From an uncultured Alphaproteobacteria bacterium (lineage in GTDB: Bacteria > Pseudomonadota > Alphaproteobacteria > Rhizobiales > Stappiaceae): DNA of 64,000 bases. The notes under the pieces were generated by a model, which made no database searches, was not told where the DNA came from, and was given only the letters and a program-made list of their open reading frames with translations. The stretch's first letter is position 1. Every line of letters starts with the position of its first letter. A program made the translations under genes and the position numbers. Positions 54,322 through 62,891 of this stretch are shown in pieces. Location of the stretch: NCBI GenBank assembly GCA_963698365.1, contig CAVOQM010000015.1, positions 9,586 through 73,585 of the forward strand, in the 5' to 3' direction.

Positions 54322-54726
54322 ATGACCACCCAATCCTGCCCCTGCGGATCGAAGCGCGAGCTTTCACAGTGTTGCGGGCGTTTCCATTCAGCCGAAGCGT
54401 TGCCGCAGACGGCGGAAGAACTCATGCGCTCCCGCTACTCGGCCTATGCGCTGGAAAGGATCGACTATCTTCGCGAAACGCTCTGGCCGCGCTATCAGCC
54501 CGGCTTCGATGAAGCCGCCGTCTCCAGGTGGGCGCGCGAGAGTCACTGGGTCGGTCTCAGCATCCTGAAGACTGAAGCCGGCCTTGCGGGCGACAGCAAG
54601 GGCACCGTGCTTTTCATCGCCCGCTATCTCGCCGACGGAGAAATGCGCGAGCATCGCGAACTCAGCCTGTTTCGGCGAAAGTCCGGGCGCTGGTACTATG
54701 TCGAAGGGTTGCCGGAGGTTGCGTGA
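54322..54726 (+). CDS. ychJ: YchJ (SEC-C + NTF2-like) protein
   Basis: CPCGS...CC, ELMRSRYSAY, E.S.F..K.GRWYYVEG. Confidence 0.9.
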   Translation: MTTQSCPCGSKRELSQCCGRFHSAEALPQTAEELMRSRYSAYALERIDYLRETLWPRYQPGFDEAAVSRWARESHWVGLSILKTEAGLAGDSKGTVLFIARYLADGEMREHRELSLFRRKSGRWYYVEGLPEVA

Positions 54727-54732
54727 ACCGCT

Positions 54733-55188
54733 TCACGAAATCGGCAGCGGCCTTTGCTCCTCAATCGCCTCCATGGCGAAATAGGAGGTGACGGAATCGA
54801 GCTCCACGCCTGAGATAAGCTGCCGGTAGACCGCGTCATAGCCCGCCATGTCGGCGGCCACCACCTTCAGCAGGTAGTCGTAATCGCCGCCAATCCGGTA
54901 GAAGTCGATCACCTCGGGAATGTTCGAGACGTGACGGCGGAACGTCTCCAGCCAGTCTATCGAATGATGCCGCGTCCGCACCATGACGAAGACCACAAGC
55001 CCCAGGCCCATTTTCTCCCGGTCGAGGCGCACGGTCTGCCCGAGGATAAGCCCGTCCTTTTTCAGCGCCTGAATACGGTTCCAGCAGGCATTGGCCGAGA
55101 GATTGACCTTATCCGCGATTTCCCGCTGGGTCAGCGCGCCGTCCCGCTGCAACAGCCTCAGGATGGCCTTGTTGAATTGATCGAGCAT
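54733..55188 (-). CDS. Lrp/AsnC family regulator (DecR-like)
   Basis: LS.NACWNRI, H..DWL..F, YR..G.YDY, S.FAME. Confidence 0.9.
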   Translation of the reverse strand: MLDQFNKAILRLLQRDGALTQREIADKVNLSANACWNRIQALKKDGLILGQTVRLDREKMGLGLVVFVMVRTRHHSIDWLETFRRHVSNIPEVIDFYRIGGDYDYLLKVVAADMAGYDAVYRQLISGVELDSVTSYFAMEAIEEQRPLPIS

Positions 55189-55316
55189 CTCTTCAATTCT
55201 TTCGAACAAAACATACCAAATTCAGCTTTCAGGATTATAAATATGAATAAAATCACGCCAATTCCAGTATATTCTTTTTCCCGGTTGGCAATCACGGCAA
55301 ACTCGGGAACAAGACG

Positions 55317-56762
55317 ATGGATCTGGCGGCATTTCGGGCGGCGCTTGAAGGCGGCGACACGGTTGGCGAGCTTCGGCGCGGTTTGATCGGCGAAGGCATC
55401 GCCGTTCCCGGCCCCTTCGGCGAACATCCGCTCGTCTATGCCGATTACACCGCCTCCGGCCGGGCGCTGAGGCAGGTGGAATCCTATATCGCCGAGCACG
55501 TGCTGCCCTTTTACGCCAACAGCCACACCGAGGCTTCCTATTGCGGCATGCGGATGACCCGGCTCCGAGGGCAAGCGCGCGAGGTCATCGCCGACGCCGT
55601 CAACGCCGGGCCGGACGAGACCGTCGTCTTCACCGGATCGGGCGCGACCAGCGCCGTCAACCGGCTTGTAGCCCTGCTTGGTCTCGACCGTTCATCCGCG
55701 CTCAAACCGCTCGTTCTCATCGGCCCCTACGAGCACCACTCCAACATCCTGCCCTGGCGCGAAAGCAAGGCGGAGGTCATCGAAATTCCGGAAGCGGAAG
55801 AGGGTGGGCCGGATCTGACCGAGCTGGAACTCCAACTCGTGCGCCAGCCCGAAGGGCGGCTCGTCATCGGCGCATTTTCCGCCGCTTCCAATGTCACCGG
55901 CATTGTCACCGACGTCGATGCGATAACCGCGCTCTTGAAGCGTTACGGCGCGCTTTCCGTTTGGGATTACGCCGGCGGCGGGCCTTATCTTCCGATCGAC
56001 ATGAACCCCGGCGAGGATCTGGCCAAGGATGCGGTTGTTCTTTCGCCGCACAAATTTCCCGGCGGCCCCGGCGCATCCGGCGTGCTGATCGTCCGCAACA
56101 GCATCGTCAGCCGGAAAAAGCCGACGCTGCCGGGCGGCGGTACGGTCTCCTTCGTATCTCCTTGGGGGCACGATTATTCGCGCGATCTCTCGGCTCGCGA
56201 GGAAGCCGGCACGCCCAATGTCATCGGCGATATCCGCGCTGCGCTCGCCTTCATCGTCAAGGCCGCCGTCGGCGAGGATTTCATCGCCGCCCGCGACGCG
56301 GAACTGGGCAGCCGCGCCTTCGCCGCCTGGGGAAGCAACGCCCGGATCGAAGTGCTTGCCTCAGATCACCGCCATCGCCTGCCGATCTTCTCGATCCGCC
56401 TGCATCTAGCCGACGGAACCCTGGTCCACCAGCAACTGGTGACGCGGATGCTAAGCGATCTCTTCGGCATTCAGGCGCGCGGCGGCTGCGCCTGCGCCGG
56501 TCCCTATGCCCACCGGTTGCTCAACATCGGCCGCGAGCAATCCGACGCCATGCGCGCCGCGATCCTCGCCGGTCACGAGGTGGAAAAACCCGGGTGGTGC
56601 CGGCTCAATTTCGGCTATCTGATCGACGATGAGACCGCCGATTTCATCCTCAAGTCCCTCATCGAACTGGCGCGGATCGCCCCGGACTATCTGGAGCATT
56701 ACGCCTGCGACGAGAGCACCGCCCGCTTTCGCCACGAAAGCGAATGGATGAATGTGGCATGA
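55317..56762 (+). CDS. Class V PLP aminotransferase / cysteine desulfurase-like
   Basis: YADYTASG, EHHSN, SPHKF, EAGTP, RGGCACAG. Confidence 0.88.
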   Translation: MDLAAFRAALEGGDTVGELRRGLIGEGIAVPGPFGEHPLVYADYTASGRALRQVESYIAEHVLPFYANSHTEASYCGMRMTRLRGQAREVIADAVNAGPDETVVFTGSGATSAVNRLVALLGLDRSSALKPLVLIGPYEHHSNILPWRESKAEVIEIPEAEEGGPDLTELELQLVRQPEGRLVIGAFSAASNVTGIVTDVDAITALLKRYGALSVWDYAGGGPYLPIDMNPGEDLAKDAVVLSPHKFPGGPGASGVLIVRNSIVSRKKPTLPGGGTVSFVSPWGHDYSRDLSAREEAGTPNVIGDIRAALAFIVKAAVGEDFIAARDAELGSRAFAAWGSNARIEVLASDHRHRLPIFSIRLHLADGTLVHQQLVTRMLSDLFGIQARGGCACAGPYAHRLLNIGREQSDAMRAAILAGHEVEKPGWCRLNFGYLIDDETADFILKSLIELARIAPDYLEHYACDESTARFRHESEWMNVA

Positions 56763-56768
56763 TTGACG

Positions 56769-57272
56769 TCAAAGATACCCGATCGCCCGGCCGCAACCGA
56801 TCACGGTCAGCCAGATGACGGCGGAAAAGAACCCCGCCCAGCGGAAGCGCGAGATTGTGCCTCTGGAATCCACCTGCGCCAAGAGTCGCCACGCCGGCAC
56901 GATGCGCAGCGAGAGCGCGTTAAGAATGCCGAGCGCGACCAGCACCAACTTTGCCTGCATCACGGGCATGGCAAGGTATTCGCCCGCCTTGACGGAGATC
57001 ATCAGCACGCCGGTCGCCATCGCCAGCAAAAGCCCGAGCATCGACATGGGCACCAGCACCCGCTTCAACTCGGAAAGCGGCACCGCTTTCCAAAAGCCCA
57101 TGAGACGCAGATCCAGCGGCAGGATCGCGCCGAACAGCATGGCGATCCCGACCACATGGCCGAAATTCACCAGTGGATAGAGCCAGGGCTCACGGCGCAT
57201 CAGGAGCGCGGCCTCCGAGGCTTGCAGATAGCGGGCCACCGTGTCGATGTCGAAAAAGCTGCTTAAATCCAA
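56769..57272 (-). CDS. Four-TM membrane protein (DUF2214/DUF6644-like)
   Basis: YP..N..HVVG, DLRLMG, TG..M, K...V, W..V...GR.IGY. Confidence 0.7.
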   Translation of the reverse strand: MDLSSFFDIDTVARYLQASEAALLMRREPWLYPLVNFGHVVGIAMLFGAILPLDLRLMGFWKAVPLSELKRVLVPMSMLGLLLAMATGVLMISVKAGEYLAMPVMQAKLVLVALGILNALSLRIVPAWRLLAQVDSRGTISRFRWAGFFSAVIWLTVIGCGRAIGYL

Positions 57273-57278
57273 GAAACG

Positions 57279-57680
57279 TCAGCCCGATCTATTGGGATAC
57301 ATATCGTAGACTACACCTTCGACGGTGATTCTCTCCGCTTTCATCACTTTATCCGAAGCGTTTTTCGACCGGTGGCCCGAGGCGAAAACTTCCTGCCCTT
57401 CCCGCAACGTACCTTCCTTCAAGCCGGCACTGCGCATTCGCGACGGCGGCCCCATTTCCACTTTCCAGAGTTCACCCTCCACATCCACATCGAGCAGGCC
57501 ATGCGGCGGACCGATGTAGATGGTTTTGATCAATCCGGTCAGTTCGAATTGCCCGTCCTCCGCCCAGCGCCAGCCGTGATGGGCAAGGGCCGGCGCGGCC
57601 ACGAGCGAACAACCGGCGAAAAGCAGGAAGCTTCTGCGGTTGATGGCGGCAATTTTCGGTATCGGCTTTTGCCGGGTCAT
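57279..57680 (-). CDS. DUF6152-like exported protein with Tat-type signal
   Basis: NRRSFLL...ALA|HHGW, PH, W.VEMG motifs. Confidence 0.7.
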   Translation of the reverse strand: MTRQKPIPKIAAINRRSFLLFAGCSLVAAPALAHHGWRWAEDGQFELTGLIKTIYIGPPHGLLDVDVEGELWKVEMGPPSRMRSAGLKEGTLREGQEVFASGHRSKNASDKVMKAERITVEGVVYDMYPNRSG

Positions 57681-58019
57681 ATCCGGTCTCCTCGTCGCTA
57701 TCTGAAAGCGCAATAGATGGGGCGATCCTGCCTGTTGGCCAGCGGCGGGCCTGAAAACCCCGCTCTCCAGGCTTGGGCTCTTCAAATTTGGACTCGGGCG
57801 TCATCCCGGCCCGCATGCGCGTAAGCCGCATCGCGAGAGCCGGGAACCATCACGCGCTTGACGGTTGACTTGGCGCGGCTTTTTCGTCATGACGTTTGCA
57901 ATCGATTTTTTGTCGGATATCGGAACTTCATGGCCACGCGGCAAGGTGACATCGCCAGCCTTTTTGCAACTGCGCCCTGCGCGGTAGCGATGACGCGCGC
58001 GCGTCAGGGGACAGTTGCC

Positions 58020-58076
58020 ATGGACGATACCCGCATGACCACCCGCAAGACCAAAACTACCAAAACCACCGCCTGA
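58020..58076 (+). CDS. Putative asd leader peptide MDDTRMTTRKTKTTKTTA (alternative start 58035)
   Basis: After the second Met, 7 Thr and 3 Lys in 12 codons; aGGGG SD-like site at 58006; stop 110 nt before asd ATG. Confidence 0.75.
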   Translation: MDDTRMTTRKTKTTKTTA

Positions 58077-58177
58077 CGGTGCCTCTCGTCCCGCGCTCCC
58101 CCGGGTCACGAGGGGAGCGCCGAGGGCCACGGTCGCCATGTGCGCCCGGACGGCTCGCGGGGGGCGGAAAAAGAGGA
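58067..58177 (+). promoter_or_regulatory. Putative attenuator RNA structure upstream of asd
   Basis: Hairpin gcgctcccc/ggggagcgc (58093-58120); cctct (58082-86) complementary to asd SD agagg (58172-76). Confidence 0.55.
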
Positions 58178-58186
58178 ACTATCACG

Positions 58187-59222
58187 ATGGGTTACAAGGT
58201 CGCAGTCGTTGGCGCCACGGGCAATGTGGGCCGCGAAATGCTCGATATTCTGGACGAACGCGGGTTTCCCGCCGATCAGGTGGTGGCGATTGCCTCGCGC
58301 CGGTCGCAGGGCGTTGAAGTGTCCTTCGGCGACAGGACACTGAAGTGCCAGGCGCTTGAGAATTTCGATTTTTCCGACGTCGATATCTGCCTGATGTCGG
58401 CCGGCGGCACAGTTTCCAAGGAATGGTCGCCGAAGATCGCAGCACAAGGTTGCGTCGTCATCGACAATTCCTCCGCCTGGCGCTACGACGCCGACGTGCC
58501 GCTGATCGTGCCGGAAGTGAATGCCGACGCCATTACCGGCTTCAGCCAAGAAGAACATCATCGCCAATCCGAACTGCTCGACCGCCCAGCTCGTCGTGGC
58601 GTTGAAGCCGCTGCATGAAGCCGCCACCATCAAGCGCATCGTCGTTTCCACCTATCAGTCGGTTTCCGGCGCCGGCAAGGACGCGATGGACGAGCTTTTC
58701 AACCAGACGCGGGCGATTTTCGTCAACGATCCGGTCGAGGCGAAGAGCTTCACCAAGCGCATCGCCTATAACGTCATTCCCCATATCGATGAATTCATGG
58801 AGGACGGCTACACCAAGGAAGAATGGAAGGTGCTGGCCGAAACCAAGAAGATGCTCGACCCGAAGATCAAGGTCACCTGCACCGCCGTTCGCGTGCCGGT
58901 CTTCATCGGCCACGCCGAGAGCGTCAATATCGAGTTCGAAAAGCCGATTACTGCGGACGAAGCCCGCTCGATCCTGCGCGAGGCGCCGGGCTGTCTCGTC
59001 ATCGACAAGCAGGAAGACGGCGGCTACGTCACCCCGTTTGAATGCGCGGGCGAGGATGCGACCTTCATTTCCCGAATTCGCGAGGATGCGACGGTTGAAA
59101 ACGGCCTGAATATCTGGGTCGTCTCCGACAATCTGCGCAAGGGTGCAGCACTCAACACCGTGCAGATCGCCGAGGTTCTCATCAACCGCAAGCTGATCCA
59201 GCCGAAGCGGAAAGCCGCCTGA
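58187..59222 (+). CDS. asd: Aspartate-semialdehyde dehydrogenase; apparent +1 frameshift near 58546
   Basis: VVGATGNVG, IDNSSAWR, VPEVN then IIANPNCST, TYQSVSGAG, DNLRKGAA. Confidence 0.96.
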
Positions 59223-59255
59223 TCAAAGGCTTGCCTGCTTTGAAATAAGACTCCG

Positions 59256-59286
59256 CGTCCCGGCAAAACCATGCCGGGGCGTTTTT
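59256..59286 (+). terminator. Intrinsic terminator of asd
   Basis: cgtcccggca-aaacca-tgccggggcg-ttttt. Confidence 0.8.
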
Positions 59287-59349
59287 CTATCTTCTCCCGT
59301 TTTCCCGACTGCTGCGCCAACATCCGCGCTTATTCCGGTTTGACCTCAA

Positions 59350-60243
59350 ATGTTTGTCTATGAATCCGCAGCCCTTGCCGCTGCCGCCTTCTGGGCGCTG
59401 ACCGGCCTCATCTCCGCCGGGCCGTCGCAATATCTGGGCGCCATCGCTTTCAACCAGGCGCGGATGGTCATGGTCTTCGTCGGCCTCAGCCTCTATGTGG
59501 CGCTGACCAGTGGCTGGAGTTCCATCACGCCGGAACTTGCCCTTCCCATCCTGCTTTCCGGCTTTATCGGCATATTCCTTGGCGATACGGCGCTTTTCCT
59601 GACGCTCAACCGCTTGGGCCCACGCCGCACGGCGATCCTGTTTTCCATGAACGCGCCGATCTCCACCCTGCTCGGCTGGCTGATTTTGGGCGAGATTCTC
59701 TCCGCCCGCGCCACGCTTGGCATCGCCATCACGCTGACAGGCGTCGTGCTCGCCATCACCTTCGGCAAGCGCAAATCGCAACTGCATCATTGGGAAAGCA
59801 TCAAGGGCCCCTTGTGGGTCGGCGTGTCGCTCGGCCTTGGGGCAGCCCTTTTCCAGTCGGTCGGTTCCCTCTTTGCCCGCCCGGTCATGGAGGCGGGCGC
59901 GGATCCCGTTGCCGTATCGAGCCTGCGCGTCGGCGTCGCCGCCCTTGGCCTCGTCGTGCTGGCTCGCCTTCCCGTCCAGCGATTTCAGGCCGGCGAACAA
60001 AATGACGCTGAAAATCGCCGGATTGATCGCCCTATCCGGTTTCATCGGCATGGGCGTCGGCATGACGTTGCTGCTTTTCGCGCTATCGGGCGGCGAGGTC
60101 GGCATTGTCGCCACCCTTTCGGCCACCACGCCTGCGCTGCAATTGCCGTTTTGTGGTGGCGGACGAAGGAGGTCCCGGCCCTTGGCGCGTGGATCGGCGC
60201 AGCGCTTGTGGTGGCCGGCAGCGCGCTGATTTTTATGGGTTAA
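59350..60243 (+). CDS. DMT/EamA family transporter; two compensating frameshifts (~59983, ~60150)
   Basis: Hydrophobic EamA repeats; the TM segment LSGFIGMGVGMTLLLFAL...LSATTP lies in the alternative frame. Confidence 0.85.
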   Translation: MFVYESAALAAAAFWALTGLISAGPSQYLGAIAFNQARMVMVFVGLSLYVALTSGWSSITPELALPILLSGFIGIFLGDTALFLTLNRLGPRRTAILFSMNAPISTLLGWLILGEILSARATLGIAITLTGVVLAITFGKRKSQLHHWESIKGPLWVGVSLGLGAALFQSVGSLFARPVMEAGADPVAVSSLRVGVAALGLVVLARLPVQRFQAGEQNDAENRRIDRPIRFHRHGRRHDVAAFRAIGRRGRHCRHPFGHHACAAIAVLWWRTKEVPALGAWIGAALVVAGSALIFMG

Positions 60244-60273
60244 AGCATCTGGCGGGGCGATCGACTGGTTACG

Positions 60274-61098
60274 CTATGCGAAAAAGGTCAATGCAGCGGC
60301 AACGATAGCCTCCGGCGCGTCTTCCTGTATCAAGTGCCCGGCTCCGGCAATCTCGTGCAATTCGCAACCCGGTATCATTCCGGCAAGCTGCCGACCCCGC
60401 TCTAGCGGTATCCACTCGTCTTCCGTTCCCCAGAGCAGCCGGACGGGGCACCGTATTTCGCCGTAGCGGGTTTCAACCTCGTCCGTAAAACGAACGTCCA
60501 TCTGGGCAATCTGGCGATAGAACGCCGGCTGGCCCGTGCTGCCTCGCCATTGCGCGATGTAGGGCTCCAGTTCGGCGTCCGTCATTTCCCGCTGCACCGC
60601 GCCACGGATGTATGCCCGCAGCATTGCCTGCTGCAGATAATCGGGAACGCCGGCAAAAGCCTGTTCATGATGGCGGACATGCTGCACGAAGGGCGAGCCC
60701 CACGGCCGCACCGCGACGGGGTCAAACAGAAGCAGTTTGCGGTAGTCGCAATTGTCGAGGATGTGCGCGCGCAGCACCGTCGATCCGCCAAAGTCATGCG
60801 CTACAACGTTTGGCCGCGACAGGCCCCAATGGTCGATGAGCGCCGTGAACAGTCCGTTTTGTACGCCCAGCGAGACGTCCTGGCTCTCCCGCTTCTCGGA
60901 TTGCCCGTAGCCGAGCAGATCGTAAAGGTGGACTTTGTAGCCGCGCGCCAGCTCGCGCGCGATCCTGCGCCAGACGTATGACGAAAAAGGTGTGCCATGG
61001 ACGAGCACGATTGGCTCGCCCTCACCCAAAACGTCGTAGGCGACCGACTGCCCTTGATAGTTGACCCGTTGCTTCAAGGACCAGCCCATATCGACCAT
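60274..61098 (-). CDS. Alpha/beta fold hydrolase
   Basis: VHGTPFSS, DLLGYG, AHDFGG nucleophile elbow, AGHLIQED. Confidence 0.9.
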   Translation of the reverse strand: MVDMGWSLKQRVNYQGQSVAYDVLGEGEPIVLVHGTPFSSYVWRRIARELARGYKVHLYDLLGYGQSEKRESQDVSLGVQNGLFTALIDHWGLSRPNVVAHDFGGSTVLRAHILDNCDYRKLLLFDPVAVRPWGSPFVQHVRHHEQAFAGVPDYLQQAMLRAYIRGAVQREMTDAELEPYIAQWRGSTGQPAFYRQIAQMDVRFTDEVETRYGEIRCPVRLLWGTEDEWIPLERGRQLAGMIPGCELHEIAGAGHLIQEDAPEAIVAAALTFFA

Positions 61099-61276
61099 CG
61101 CTCGTTTCCTTTGTAAAAACTTCAAATTGCGGCAGCGGCAATCTATAAGACAGCCAGACAGCAAGTCACGCCTTAATAAGGCCTAATCGCCAGTTACGAC
61201 CATAGCGAGTGGGATACCTGCCGAAGCTGAGCTGAAAGCGACCACGGGCATATAAAATTATAGGCGCGAACAATCA

Positions 61277-61335
61277 GCGCGCGGATCGGCGTAGCGATTG
61301 TGGTTGCCGGCAGCGCGCTGATTTTTACGGGGTGA
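61277..61335 (+). repeat. Diverged copy of the last 59 bp of the EamA gene (60185-60243)
   Basis: 52/59 identical by manual alignment, ends in a stop codon. Confidence 0.85.
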
Positions 61336-61357
61336 CTCCAAATCCGGCGCCCGCCAT

Positions 61358-62185
61358 TCATTTCGAACTGCTGCCCGCCTTTATTACCAGCGTGGCGCTT
61401 ATCAGCGCGATGGCAACGCCTACGGCAATCAGCAAATAGGCCGAGCTGAAAAGGTCGGCGGCGATACCGCCGACAAGAACGCCGAAGCCCAGACCCAATT
61501 CGCCGCCAAGCCGCCAAAGCGCATGCGCCCGCGCCAGAAGTTGGCTTGGGGCGTTTTTCTGGATCAGCGTGATGATGAAAACATCCTGGAAGGCCAAAGA
61601 CGCCCCGCCGGCGAGCCCTATCGCCACCTGGCCGGCGTAGTTTGAAACCTGCCCGAGCAGCAGGAACGACATTCCGGCAACAAACATGCCGCCGGCCACC
61701 ATGGTTGCTGCGCGCTTTGCCGAAATGCCCGCAATCAGCACATTCGCGGCAATGCCGCCGAAAGCGAATGCACCGATGATGGAGGCATAGACGTCCGCCT
61801 CGCCGCCGTTTGCCGAAAGCAGGATACGCGGCACGATGGAGAAATAGGCCGCGCCATGGAAAATCCCGTAGGCCGCCGAACATCCAAGCACGGTTGCGAC
61901 ACCTGCCATGCCAACGGCGGAAAAATTGGCGCGTCTCAAGATGACAATCGCGCCCAGCCGGTCGGTGAATGTCGCGCCGATGAAGCCGAACAGCCAATAC
62001 GGCGCCCGCTGAATGAAAACGGCAAGGCCTGTCAAGGACGACGACTGCGTCACCTGCCATACGGCCCAGATAAGGGTGATTTCGAGGATCTGATCGCCAC
62101 AGCTCGATGCCGCGCGCCCGGCGCCAAGCAACAGCCCGCGCCGGTAGTCCAATAGTCGTTTCACGAAAATTCCGATGCAATCCAA
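61358..62185 (-). pseudogene. MFS transporter, apparently internally deleted (275 aa)
   Basis: S.CGD, GATFTDRLG motif A, IQ..AP....AR C-terminal motif, but too short for 12 TM. Confidence 0.55.
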
Positions 62186-62276
62186 AGTCTGAAATCAATA
62201 CTCTAGATTGCAAACATGCACCTGCAACTCACCTTTTGGTTCCACTTGAAACATCCTGTTACGATCAGGCGGCACC

Positions 62277-62750
62277 TCAATCCTCAAGCGCCAGCTTGTA
62301 TCCCTCGTGGGTCGCCTTGAAGCCCAGCCGGTCGTAAAAGCGATGCGCGTCCTCGCGCGTTTTGTCGCTTGTCAGTTGCACGAGCTTGCAGCCTCTTTGC
62401 CTGCATTGATCAATCGCCCAGGAAAACATTTCCTTGCCGAGGCCGGAGCCGCGATGGCTCGACGCCACGCGCACCGCCTCGATCTGGCCGCGCCATCGGC
62501 CTTTGCGAGCGATACCTGGAATGAACGAAAGCTGAAGCGTTGCCACCACCGCCTCGCCATCGGCCGCTACGGCGAGCAATTGATTGGGATCGGCTTCGAT
62601 CGCCGCAAATGCCTGCCGGTAACCTTCGGCAATAGGTAAACCGACATCTTCCCGATGACGGCCTAGCTCATCGTCGGCCAATAGCGCGATTATCGCTGGC
62701 AGGTCAGACGCTTCCGCCCGACGAAACACGATGCTGTCTTGCTGTTTCAT
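62277..62750 (-). CDS. GNAT family N-acetyltransferase
   Basis: LLADD.LG, IEAVRV...RGSGLG, VQLTSDK.R.DAHRFY..LGF. Confidence 0.9.
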   Translation of the reverse strand: MKQQDSIVFRRAEASDLPAIIALLADDELGRHREDVGLPIAEGYRQAFAAIEADPNQLLAVAADGEAVVATLQLSFIPGIARKGRWRGQIEAVRVASSHRGSGLGKEMFSWAIDQCRQRGCKLVQLTSDKTREDAHRFYDRLGFKATHEGYKLALED

Positions 62751-62891
62751 GACGGCGACCCTATCACGGCGCGCCGGTCGTTCAAGCAAATGGCGCATCC
62801 CTCCCCATTCAAATCACCCCTCCCGGCCCCCATATGGCTGATGGATTTCGCAATGCCATTCGGCTAATCTCACGCAAAGGGAGTTGCAAAC

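Noticed and set aside
58540-58552. Programmed frameshift in asd
   Set aside because: No slippery heptamer, and the same type of lesion occurs in many unrelated genes, which favours sequencing error
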